DNA of 64,000 nt from Paragordius varius (taxonomy: Eukaryota; Animalia; Nematomorpha): NCBI GenBank assembly GCA_964247055.1, contig OZ176051.1, forward strand, positions 13,330,001 through 13,394,000, in the 5' to 3' direction. A model generated the notes under the pieces. That model was not told the origin of the DNA. It did no database searches and saw nothing but the letters and a program-made list of their open reading frames with translations. This document shows positions 12,521-24,356 of this stretch, piece by piece. How positions within the stretch are numbered: position 1 is the first letter of the stretch; every line of letters starts with the position of its first letter. The translations under genes were made by a program, and so were the position numbers.

Positions 12521-13357
12521 TATCGGCTGCGTTTAATTAAACCATGACTACACATTATATTGTTTTGACTCTAAAGGATTGAGGCTAAGATATCCATCCG
12601 TGTCTTTAACGTTTCTAATATTTTGTATTTATATCCATATGATTTGTAAGGTTAGCAAAAACATCGCGTTTAAAAGCGTGTAACCACTTTTCATCCCTTT
12701 TTCGTTTAAAGTTTTGATTTTAAGACACTATTTTCATCTTATTGTTTTAATCGATAGCTATAGGGCGATACGATAATATTAAATATAATATTAAAATTTT
12801 AGTATATAAAAAATATATGGTGGGTGTATCACAATTTCTTTCTCTATTTATATATCTTATATGGCCAAACGGTCAACTTCTCCGCCTAAAAATTTTTGCA
12901 TAGAATTTTTTTTCCACAATTTTTCTTAAATTATTTTTTTGTATTTTAAAAAAATTCCTTGTTAACAAAAATTTTTGACCTTTTGGGGTAGTTTTATATC
13001 ACAGGGCGATTTTAAATTAAATATCTTAAAAATTTGAGTTTTTAAATTATGCTCCCTTTGCAGAAATAGCAAATGTGCAAAGACATATTATACACGAACT
13101 ATCAAAATATAATATATATATATCAAAACAAGCTATTGAAAGAGGATGCTGCTCAGAACATAATTTCAAATAATCTGATAAGAAACCTTCATTCATTTTA
13201 ATTAACTATTGTAAATTTAATAAATTGAAGACTGTAAATATTTTAGTATTTGTACTGATTGTGGCAACCAGAGGTCTTTTTTAATATATTTAAGATTATA
13301 TATAAACAAAATAATTATTTTTTGTATATTATATGGGCTGTTCTAATCACCCCAATT

Positions 13358-13358
13358 A

Positions 13359-13410
<52 letters not shown>
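13358..13410. repeat. (TA)n microsatellite (representative)
   Basis: Similar runs at about 2734, 5394, 5800, 14163 (followed by a GA run), 29166, 38206, 45342, 52135, 56371, 60203 and 61631. Confidence 0.95.
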
Positions 13411-13415
<5 letters not shown>

Positions 13416-13535
13416 TGCATCGTTTGTGTTGAAGTGATTAATAAAACTTTTACACATAATATTATTACGTGCCCGCGTAATATTTTCTACCAAAAAAGTA
13501 GACCGAGGGGAAAAACATTGGCCACCCCTAATATA

Positions 13536-14078
13536 CCATGTGCACTTCAAGAGTGTCCTTGAACAATTCAAGTTGGTCCTTGAACACTTCAAGTTGGTCC
13601 TTAAAATTTTTAAATTTTGATTTAACGCTAATTTTTGGAAGTTTATTATTTTTTAACCTAGTTTTCTATATTTATTATATATTTACTCATTAAAAAATAA
13701 AAAAATTTATTCAAAAACCACTTTTTTGTTTCAACCTAATTTTTTTTCCAATTTAACAAAATTTTAAACTTTTAAATGTTTTCAATGAAAAATTTTAAAT
13801 AATAACCCAGAAAACTTATATATTTTTTAATTACCTGTTAAAATCTTTTAAATATCCAAAATAATTTTAAGAAATTAATAAAGATATACGGTTTCTTAAT
13901 GATTATAATGGTGATATTGATTTAAAATTTATGTTAAATAATAGAAAATAGGTTAAAAACTGAATGATATACGATTTAATTGATAAAGTTAAAAACAAAA
14001 CAAAAAAGTCAAAGGACCAATTTGAAGTGTTCAAGGACCAACTTGAAATGTTCAAGGACACTCTTGAGGTGCAAATGG
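13536..14078. mobile_element. Foldback-like MITE, family B copy 1
   Basis: Termini CCATGTGCAC / GTGCAAATGG (reverse complement CCATTTGCAC). TIRs contain 21-bp tandem units (TTCAAGTTGGTCCTTGAACAC). TA on both flanks; 543 bp. Confidence 0.85.
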
Positions 14079-14082
14079 TATA

Positions 14083-14160
14083 TATTAAATATTGCTAGGC
14101 CAAACATCGTTAAGGATAATATCGTAAGTAAAAGCATTTGCACTATCAACCAAGGTTATA

Positions 14161-14212
<52 letters not shown>

Positions 14213-14745
14213 ATAAGAGAAGAGTTAACGTAGGAAGGAAACTAAAATCATTTGAATTCAAAACCAAGTTAATATATATAGAGGTAACGTGAAAAGATCA
14301 ACGGTATAATAATTAACCCTTTAACATACCATTTTTGAGTTTGATATCGGTCGGGCGGTTTCCGGGACTGGATCGGGTACCGATGAGTCGTAGTTGGTCA
14401 AGCTTCATTTGTTTGTCTGGGAATAATCTCACTTGTGCCGAATTTGGATCGTTTATGTTTTCACGTATTATTTCGTGTTCCGCAAGGTTGTTTTGGGTTG
14501 CGGAAGATTTATGAGGTAGCATTGTGCTGATGTGTGAGGTATCGATGGATGTGGCTGGCATCCTAGATTTTTCTTATCCTCCTTTCCTCCGTCTTCTTCG
14601 GCAGACTCGTCCATGCGATTTTTTGATTGGTCAGCATGTTTGCGAATAACTTTGCCCTTGTCGTTTATGTTGTAGGATAATCCCGTTCTTTCGACAATAG
14701 GTCCCTCCCTCCAACCGGTACACGATTCATTCTTAAAATGTAATT
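14083..14745 (-). mobile_element. Ty3/Gypsy 3' fragment (post-integrase tail plus probable 3' LTR)
   Basis: Minus strand NESCTGWREGPIVERTGLSYNINDKGKVIRKHADQ parallels NELCPGWRTGEIMDRTGLFSYKVWDKDRGKVVRKHDDQ in the 55563 ORF. RYPIQSRKPPDRY parallels RYPTRSRRNPP. Putative LTR starts TGTTA at 14326 and contains a TA run like the intact LTRs; its end is uncertain. Confidence 0.7.
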
Positions 14746-15422
14746 TAGTAAAATTTGGATATGTGTTTGTATAAAATTACATCGCTTCACTGGAGGGGCC
14801 ATGCATTATAATTATTTACCATGTTCAGTTGGCTTAAATCCATCAAACTAATGCCTTTTTATTCTTAAAAAATATAATACATAAACATTTTAATTTTTTA
14901 TTTTGGGACAAAGCTTTGATAGCTATGTGATGGAAGACATTGCTACACCTGCTTAATCTTTATTCATATTTATATTATAAGCCTTATGAATTTAAAAAAC
15001 TTATAAGATAAATTAGATTTTACTTTTTGTAGGTGGGATGTACCCAATTTTGTTTAAATTTAACCATGTATATATAATATTAAAATTAAATGGGAATAAG
15101 AGGCTACGTGACTTCATAAATAATATAGAAAAATAAAATTAAAAAGATTAAATCGCATATAAAAGGCTAATTTTAAGTATGATCCCTATCAAAACCAAAT
15201 GTATATAATGTATGAATAAAAAGTTAGTAATATAAAATTAGATTTAGATTTAATTTTATATAAAATTAAATTTGGAACTCAAAATTCATTAATAATATAT
15301 AAGTAACAAATATTAATGAATTACCTTTTGGTAATTAGGAAAGTTAAGTGATGGCACATTATTGGAATAAATGTAATTTCTAATATAAATATTTTTGCCA
15401 AAAACTTTTGTATCATTAATCA

Positions 15423-16937
15423 ATGATCACCACACTAAGATTCACGCTCGAAAACTACTATTATATAAATAATCAAACATGTCTTGGTTCATTCTGTGTC
15501 ATCAATAAACATTCAACATTTCGATTAGCTGAAGAATATGCGTATATAATAGCCAAATGTCTATTACTCATTTTAGGGTTCATTTGTACATTCATTTTGT
15601 ACAAAGTTGTTCGAGACCAGGATAATACTGTTCCAAACAAAAATAACATCAATGCCTACTACTTCCTAAAATGGAATTGTTACTATAATTGGTGTTATAT
15701 AGCTCTAACTTTCATACGTGTTTTTGAACGTATCCTTGATGCGCATCAGATATATTTCCAAAACTGTTCAACTTTATTATGGGCACGTAGAGTCATATTT
15801 GTGACAACTACATCCATCTTCAAAATGAACATGTTTTGTCGCCTCTACTTTTTTTGGGATCGGATTGAATGTATTAAACGGGGGCATCGAATTACACAAT
15901 TGAGACAAAGTAAATCATACCTTTACCTCTCCATTATAATGAATACTGTAATATTTTTCGCCCTAAATTTACCAGCAATATATTTGTTCGACACCCAGGA
16001 TATATATGTTAATCATTTTAGAAATGGAATAAGTGATAATACCTCCATGATAAATGAGAAAGAAGAAATGATAAAAACTTCGGAATATCATAATGCGATA
16101 TCTGTCTTAAGTGACATCACAACTTTTTCCGACGGATTAAAGCAGCCTACCAGTTTTAAAGTTTATAGCGTCAATAATTCTTACATAAATGTTGAGAAAA
16201 AGTGTATGTTTGTTACAAAGTTTAACGCTAAAATAGTCAATTATTTTTTCATTTACAATATTATTTTAATATGTTCCTTTTTAACGCTAATAATTATATT
16301 AAATTCCATCCTCATACGTCTGATTTGGGTACGTAGATTGCGACACATGCGAATATCAATGGCTAATATTTCAAAATGCCATTGCGTTGCTGAACCATGT
16401 GCTCGATCAAGACAACGGTTTTTTTGTTACCGTAAGGCCTTTAAGGGTAAAATAACGGCTTTAGTATACCAATCCATAAAGTTTGCAAGTATGAGTGATG
16501 TTATAACAGCTAATCGAAATATACGTATCGCTTCTATCACATCTATCAAACGTAGTAACAGTCATGAGTATGATACAAACAGATTACCAATTAAAGGGGA
16601 GCTAACCTCAGTACAAACTATCAAATTGACACCCAACATTTGGGATATGGCTGTGAAAAAGGCCATGTTCATCATGTACCTTATGCTATTGTATGTTGCA
16701 TTGATTTTACCTAAATTTATAGTGGATACCTTGTATATATCGGGTAATGTTAACCGAGTAATCCGGAACACTGTAATCCTACCAGTGCGCTTAATATTTA
16801 ATCTTTTGGCCTTAGGAGAACTAAACATTCTGGTATTGGGATTCATATATGTTGATACTAATTTGTGGCGAAGATTTATTCAGTACCTGGGCATTTTCAT
16901 CATACGTTATCGTAAACTTTGTTTCAGTTCAAAGTAA
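15423..16937 (+). CDS. Intronless, highly divergent class A-like 7TM receptor (orphan GPCR), 504 aa
   Basis: Uninterrupted ORF with seven hydrophobic segments. DRI at the end of TM3, Cys before TM3 and in ECL2 (KKCMF), Pro in TM4 (NLP) and TM6 (ILPK), TM7 ending LGFIY. N-terminal NQT sequon; long ECL2 and ICL3. Confidence 0.85.
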   Translation: MITTLRFTLENYYYINNQTCLGSFCVINKHSTFRLAEEYAYIIAKCLLLILGFICTFILYKVVRDQDNTVPNKNNINAYYFLKWNCYYNWCYIALTFIRVFERILDAHQIYFQNCSTLLWARRVIFVTTTSIFKMNMFCRLYFFWDRIECIKRGHRITQLRQSKSYLYLSIIMNTVIFFALNLPAIYLFDTQDIYVNHFRNGISDNTSMINEKEEMIKTSEYHNAISVLSDITTFSDGLKQPTSFKVYSVNNSYINVEKKCMFVTKFNAKIVNYFFIYNIILICSFLTLIIILNSILIRLIWVRRLRHMRISMANISKCHCVAEPCARSRQRFFCYRKAFKGKITALVYQSIKFASMSDVITANRNIRIASITSIKRSNSHEYDTNRLPIKGELTSVQTIKLTPNIWDMAVKKAMFIMYLMLLYVALILPKFIVDTLYISGNVNRVIRNTVILPVRLIFNLLALGELNILVLGFIYVDTNLWRRFIQYLGIFIIRYRKLCFSSK

Positions 16938-18989
16938 GATTAAAATAAACAATGCTTGTAACAAATATTTACCTGGATTAGCCTGGATTAATCAAATGTG
17001 TAAAGACAAAGATAAGAATCAAGTCCTTTGTTTGCATATTTTGTATCACTTAATAAGTGTACCACACCCCTTAGTCAGCTGTTTTCAAAGCAAGCTCAAA
17101 AAAACTATTACAAAAAATGGAATGTTATGTTTGTAATGTATATAATCATTGGATATAAATCAAATTTAAAAAGATTCCTTTTTAGTTAATCATTGTAATC
17201 CATTGAGGATTATTTAAATTTTATGTATCTCAGGTTAAATTAACGATAAATAGAACGTAACCTCTTTCAACGAGCCTTTCTCATTGCTTATTCGATCTTT
17301 TTATGCTACAGTGAGAATACAATGTATTCAATGATTTCTGTAAAACAAATTGCATGTTATATTGAAGGAAGAGATATATATTGATAAAAATATAATGCTG
17401 ACTTTGAGAAAACTATCTGAAATTTGTTTTGGCCTATTGAAATTTAATAATAAAAATACTAATTTATTAAATGCGCCTAACTACGAGATCATTTTAGGTC
17501 CTAATTAGTCCCACCTAGTAAAATTTAAAAAAAAACGAAAATTGTGTCTTTGAGACAACTCGAAAAACGCGAGAACCCCAAATTTAATAATAGATTTATA
17601 ATTCACCGAACATATTCAGGGCCGTTTTTAGAGTAGCCACGGTATTTAGCCGCTGCCCATATGACAATTTTTGCGCTATTTTTTTAAAATTCGCTCAGGT
17701 TAGGAAAATATAAAAATAGATGAATATTCCCAGTCTAATGGCTATAGTTTTTAACGCTTTCAATTTAATCTATGGATTGCCTCTGTATATTATCCACCAT
17801 ATAAAAATAACGTGGCTATAATTTACTGTAATTAAGATCAATAATGGTAGCTATTTTCAGTGAGCCACAATTGTAGCCAATTTTTTTCCTATAGCCACTA
17901 GGTCTTATCATATACCAAAGATAATTACGTTGCTTTGATGCGATTTATCATAGTTATCAGACTATAAACAATGTTCAATAGTCCTCGTAAAAAGGCAAAA
18001 ACTATGAGCACTTTTTTGATATGTTTAATAGTGACCCATCCCCTGTAAATTAGCTTATTAAAAACAATGTCGCTTTAACACAAATTTTAACCCAGGAGAT
18101 CATTTGGAATAATCAATTGGGATTTCAGTACAAAGATATTTTCGTCCAACTTCTTTTTTAAATAAGTTGGAGAGGGCTACACCCTCTGTAAAAGCGCCAC
18201 CATATAAGCACAATGTGACTTTATAGATGTAATAGAAAATCTTTTACAATATATAGATCTAATAATGGTACATTTTTCCCGTAAAAACTAAAGTTCAGAC
18301 CGTTGTCAATTGGCCGCAGAGGTCCACTCTAATAAATACGCCTCGATGTATGGCCTTTAAGCAACTTATTAGAAAATCCATAATATCATGATTCAATTCT
18401 AATTCCAAGTATTTTTCGTTTGAAGTCGAAATTTTTGGCCCTTTATTAAAATTGATCATTGAGCTACGTTCACTACAACAAATATCATGCGCATAGACTA
18501 TTAATCACTATTTTTTAATTCTTATTTCATTAAACTATATTATAAACCATGATGGTGTCAATCGCAGCGAATAGTGATAGGTCGCATAGATAATAACATA
18601 TTTATGGAAATCATAGTTAGCAGAATTAATTAAAAGCTCTTCAATAAAATGACTTTTTATTTTGTAACCCAAAAAAATTAAGTTGAACAAGAAAAAACTT
18701 TTTTACACTATTTGCTTAGATTTATATGAGAAATCATTACAGGTGCTGTCCCAAGAATTGTTTTATATATTTATCATAATTTAATGCTAGGTTTATTTTA
18801 TATAATTATCGATTAATACAATACAAAGAACCTGTGATACGACAAATTATACTCAAATCGATCAAAATTCATTCAGGATTATTGAATTTTGCAATTTTAC
18901 ATTATAACTTAGATAAGACGTCATCGAAAAGACTATTATTTTCATACCTCAAGGATTACATTAAATTATAAAACGCATATTCATTAACC

Positions 18990-19730
18990 ATGTTATGTTC
19001 GTTGTAAAGGACATTTACAGCAAGCATCGCCATCAGAATAAAAGGCTGTTGAAAGTTATCTCTTGCTGGGAAACATATGTCGAACATGTTCTATCGATCA
19101 AAAATTGTAAAACGATTCCAAATTTAATAAATTTGAATTCTTGGGATGTCCTATTGAAACACAACTGCGAAGACATATACCATATTAAACAATCAATGAA
19201 TGTCTGCGAGCAATGGAAAAGACCAATAAGTCGGTAAATGGGTCCTTAACAATTTGAAAAGACATAAATCGAAAATCGCAAAGTGGCATGTGAATAAATC
19301 TTTTTTCATCGATTTGGCCCGGGTAGAAATTGCTTTATATTGTATATCCACAGCGGCAAAATCTTGGCCTTCATCTTGCCAATCTAGTTTCTCACAAGAA
19401 TGTTAAATAGCTTCAGAAAGAAGATCGTGATATGAGTCTGGTGGGATGAGTGACATTTTGTTTTAAGTTTTAAACGGTTCTCACATAGTGAATGCCACTT
19501 TGGGATCGCTTCGTAGGGATTTTTCGCGTCCGCTGATTTCCTGAACTGGAGCCATCTGACTGATACAATTTTTCAATGCGACACACCTTCCCAGAGCATC
19601 ACTTGGATTTCGAAGAAATTAAAAAATGGCCCATAGTTTTCGCAAAGAATATTTTGACAAGGTTCTATATATTAACCTGAGAGATGGGCGAAATGCTTAG
19701 AAGCCGATCAAAATACAAACCCGTAAAATA
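18990..19730 (+). mobile_element. Mariner transposon relic
   Basis: Fragments TYVEHVLSIKNCK, KWVLNNL, NKSFFHRF...KSW and EEIKKW...EYFDK...ERWAKCLEADQ match mariner transposase blocks. Internally deleted; ends not resolved. Confidence 0.65.
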
Positions 19731-20250
19731 TAAATACTTCTGGATTCAACAAACTTTAAAGTTAAATTATTTAAGCTTTAACACTTCTGGTGTATTTTTC
19801 TCTATCGATTTGGTTATATATCATAAAAAAATTATTACCAAGTCAACAAATCTATTATAAGGATTAGGTTAAAACCAATATGTTAAAAAACTTTTCTCAA
19901 TACTTTTTCGTATTATTATAAAAAAGCAAATAACAAACATGTGTCTTTACGGGTATTTAAACACTTATTTTGAAGGATCAATCATTCATTTGAAATTTTT
20001 TTATGGAGTCGACAATATATCGCTGTGCCACAAAAACTAATTGGCATTTGCGGCGATAGGCCACATTGATGCGAATTTATACCAGTCAGATGGCACTAGG
20101 CCTATATTTAAACGGCCAAGGACCATCGAAGCGATTCCAAGATTCTTTTATTGGTTTCAATTATCACAGGTTTTGCTGTTTGAGAGGACTGTCAAGTCGC
20201 AAAATACTTTTGCATTTCCGGTCATTTTCTTAGAAATGGATGATTTAAAT

Positions 20251-20530
20251 CAGTGTCCAAACAAATAATTTTACAGGCCGCTTTTTCGGGTCAAAAAATC
20301 CGACGCGCATTCACAAAATATATGGGCATTAATAAAAATTTATTAGATTTTAATAAGATTGAAATAACTATTTATTTCAACATTTATTGCTAGTTCATGG
20401 CCTAAATTTGGAAAGATTTATTCAGTAAATTTGTTTAAAAAATTAATTCTACTATTTCGTATAATTGTATATTTGAAATTTGACACTGGCCGCAGAAGTA
20501 TTTTAGAGGGCCATGTTTTGGACACCCTTG
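20251..20530. mobile_element. hAT MITE
   Basis: Ends CAGTGTCCAA... and ...GAGGGCCATGTTTTGGACACCCTTG; same family of ends as 10618-11315 and 25129-25268. No TSD match. Confidence 0.6.
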
Positions 20531-20588
20531 GTCAATATTTTTTTGGTTATATTAGGTTTTAATTCAACGGTTTTTAAAAGTTCAATAT

Positions 20589-21642
20589 CAGAGGCGTAGC
20601 CTGCCTTCTGGCGCCCGGTACATAAGTCCGTGATGGCGCTCCCTTTCCCCTCCATAAAGTCCTTGCATTTTAAGAAATAATCCTATTTAAACCGTGAATG
20701 GGACAAAACGTGGCCCATCATAAACAGAAACAAGTGATTTTTTCTGATTTCGGTTTTTGAAAAACTTTCACACCGGTTCCACTAGATTTTGATCAAAAAT
20801 CTTATTTTTTCTTTTTTTTGAGGCAACATATAAATAAATTATGCGTTATAATGGGCAGAAGAAACAATAAATTGTTTAATCGGTTTTATTATCAATATTG
20901 ATTTACAAAATATATTTGATGTCCCTATAATAAAATAAGTGTATGGTTCATTTTGTATATTAGAAATACTTGAATATCGATGTATTAAAATAAATATATT
21001 ATCATATATGATATCTTTTTAATGGATAATGTGAAGGAAAAAGAATATAAATTCAAGAAAAAAAGAGTAAAGTTGCAATGAGCAGAAAAAAATAGGTTAT
21101 AAGGGAAATGAAAAAGGAAAAATAAAAAAAGCATTGCAAATATATGTAGATGATAAAACATGCCCTAAATTGGGAAAAAAACATTTGTTTGGAATGTGCT
21201 CTTTCCTATAATATCAATTTTAAATTTAAAGATTTTTAACAGAATGGGTGGCATTTGGCAAGCAATATATAAATTTTGAAATAAAATTAATAAATGATCT
21301 TATCATCTTATCTGACATTTGGGTTATTTAAAGCAAATATTTGAAAATAGGTTCCATGAATGTAACAGGTTGAGGTTAATAAAGGTAGGCGTTTGAAGAT
21401 AAAAGAGAGAGATATAATTAATAAGGATATGAAACAGTTGGTTTAAATATTAAAACTAAACGAGAATTTTGATCAAGATTGAAAGTTATGACCACTCATA
21501 ATGTGATTTATTTATTATTATTTAAAATAATAACTTTTAATACCTATTTTTGTAATAAAATTAGAATAATTAAAATCCGACGACCCTTCAATTATGGCGC
21601 CCGGTGCATCAGTCCCCTGCCCGCCCTTAAGCTACGCCACTG
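20589..21642. mobile_element. hAT element, non-autonomous
   Basis: TIRs CAGAGGCGTAGC / GCTACGCCACTG with subterminal GGCGCCCGGT repeats at both ends; flanks TTCAATAT/CCCACTAT (5/8); interrupts the mariner relic. Confidence 0.7.
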
Positions 21643-22907
21643 CCCACTATCGCTTAAATTTCAAAAGATACCGAGGATGGTTTTACCGAAGCGATTTGGC
21701 CTTGGTGTTATCGTCTTGCAATATGAAAGACATAATTTTTTCGCTTCGGAGTTACAAAATAAAACAATTTTCGTCATCCGTCGATGCAAAAATAATTTCT
21801 TGAGCTTAAGCAAAATTTCACATGTAACTTTGCTATTCTCGATTTATATTATTTGCATGGGACCCATTTATCGAATTTATTGATCGCCCATTAATCGTAG
21901 TCATCTATTGTTTTTTTGTGATACAGATAATGCTTCTTCCAATAATTTAAATTGGGTCATCATTCTACTATAGCGTTGATATATGTGATTTCCTACAAGA
22001 TTTTGAAATCATGTTTCACAAATATTTAGCCAGAGAACATCTTTACCATATGTTTCTGCCAACATAACTTTTAATTCTTTTTCTGATGGCAATACGTATC
22101 GCAAATGTATTTTTCGACATGATCACCGAAAGATAAAAATTGGACGCTAGTTTTTGTCACAAAACTTGTGTGTGTCAAACGAACAAAATGGGTTCTGTAC
22201 AAATTAATTGTCTTTGTAGTTTCATCTGATATTTTCTATCTGTACCTGTAGTAATTTATGATTACACCTGGGAAATATAAATTTTCCAGAAAAATTCGAA
22301 AAGCAAATTTTGAATCTGTGATATATATATAATTAAACATTTAAAATTACCAATTGTATAGATACGCAAATTGTTTATAGCAACGCATACCATATTTAAT
22401 ATTATAAAAGATATTTAAACGGAGAATTATTTGGCACACACATATTATTACTTTAATTTTGTTTTACTGTGAACACTTAAAATTATCTTAACTTTACTGT
22501 TCTTCGCTCCCTTACTATAGAATCAAACATCCAATTATATAATAAAATATTTTTATAATATCCTAATCTTTTACCGTTTCCACCATTTTTAAAAAGACCA
22601 TGATATTGTCTCAACTTTTTAATTAGATTTATAAATAAAATATGCTCACATGCCATATTCCAATATACAGCAAAAAAGCATATATTTAAATTACTCGTCG
22701 CCGCTCGATGGGCACCATCTAAAACATCCACAGTTTTCGAGAAGATCACGCATATTCAAAATTTTTAAGTGGCTTTGATGTCATAGCTATCAAAATATCA
22801 TCGCGCGTTTCGCAATTTAGAAGATCTTGTTGGAACAACTACTCATTTAATTTTGATATCGTAAAATTTATATTTGTATGTATATATTTAGCATTTTATT
22901 ATATATA

Positions 22908-23360
22908 CTATTTGCACTTCAAGATTATCCTTGAACTCAAGACGTAAACACTGCAATTTGGATCTTAAATACTTTAAATCGGTCCTTAAATACTTCAACT
23001 TGTTCCTTGGTTTCAAGTTGGTCCCATTTCAAGTTGGTCCATAAATTTTTTGGCTTTAACCATAATTTTTGCACGTAAAATTTTTATTTTAAAAACTACC
23101 TTTTCTGTTTCAAACTATTTTCTTCCAATTCAAAAAAATATTAACTTATAAATGTTATTGTTGAAAAGTTGTAAATAATAACCTAGAAAAATTAAATATT
23201 GTTGATTAAACATCATAATCTTATTAATAATATAATATCTTTTAGAAATTAATTACATATAAAATTTGTGGGTGATTAAACGTTGATATTGATTTAAAGT
23301 TTATGTTAAATAAAGAAAATAAATTAATAAAATAAATGAATGATACAGTTAAAGGTGAAG
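22908..23360. mobile_element. Foldback-like MITE, family B copy 2 (right end decayed)
   Basis: TA|CTATTTGCACTTCAAG start, several 21-bp GTTGGTCC units and an internal sequence collinear with 13536-14078. Confidence 0.7.
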
Positions 23361-24356
23361 AATGCCAAAATTCGAAAATTTTAAATCTAACAATGTTTTA
23401 GGTTCCATATATTTTTTATATGATTTGGTAAACTTCAAAAGTATTATACTATATCACCCTATAAATTATTACCTAACTTTCTATCCATTAGCATTAAAAA
23501 TTCTCTATTGAGGTACTTAGAATTATTAAAAATCTTAATGAGTTAATGCACACGAACTTATGAAATAACTTTAGAAAAAAATAATTAATAACAATTATTA
23601 GAAGTTTTTCTCGCGAATCTTGGAATTTTACATCTATTCTAACAATAGCCGATTCTAAAGGGGCCAAAAATATAGAATTTTAAAACCCACTTACAAAAAA
23701 TAATTTTAAAAAATTTATAGCTTTGTTTTTGTATCATTTATACTTATATTAGAATGGTAGTGTTTTTGGAGAATGAAGCGCTTAATTTATTTAGCAAAAT
23801 GTGCCCAGATTTTGCCATTTTTCGATATGGATCAACTAATACAAAAATGGTATTTGATGGCTCGTAAGGTCCCAAACCATAAGTACCATGAGAATCCTGA
23901 TACATTTATTTATCATAAAAATATGTATATTCTATCAGCCTATCCCTTATACCCCCATTTCTTGCACTGTTTTGCATTGGTTCGAAATCGGCTTGCGGTA
24001 GCACATTTTGCAACAAAGTGTTAATAAATCCATTTTATAACAAATAATTCTGAAAAATTAGTTTAAAATTAAAAAAAGGCAATTATTATATAATATAATT
24101 GATTTCAAAGGTTTGATAAACTGTTTGGCACTGGAATATGGAATATTCACATTAATTAAGCGACATATATGATTTTAATTATTATAAATGATTAAAAATG
24201 AAATAGTAAACAAAAAGCTAACGATAAGGGAAAATAGTTGGCAAATTTATATTATATTGACATTTCATTTATTGAATATTAATTAAAATTTAATTATTTG
24301 GAAACCGCTATTAAATCCATCACACAATTTTGCTATTAATATCTTTTTATTCTCCA

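Larger units (their letters stand above)
19900..22271 (-). mobile_element. Mariner relic split by two hAT insertions
   Basis: Minus strand gives AETYGKDVL..ICETxFQ, LSVSQKTI...MG...KWVP (21860-22070), TCEILLKLKKLFLHR...TPRPNRFGK (21660-21840) and a decayed LVPSD block (about 20090). TIR remnant ...TTACACCTGG at 22262-22271 matches the 40045 end. Confidence 0.75.

Noticed and set aside
16562-17136. Minus-strand ORFs overlapping receptor 1 and its 3' flank, and similar antisense ORFs over the LTR element
   Set aside because: Shadow frames of real coding sequence or chance ORFs with no recognisable motifs.
18690-18990. Hydrophobic plus-strand reading (FLHYLLRFI*EIITGAVPRIVLYIYHNLMLGLFI) as a fourth receptor remnant
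   Set aside because: Several stops, no class A motif and no alignable match to the three receptors; AT-rich DNA readily yields hydrophobic translations.
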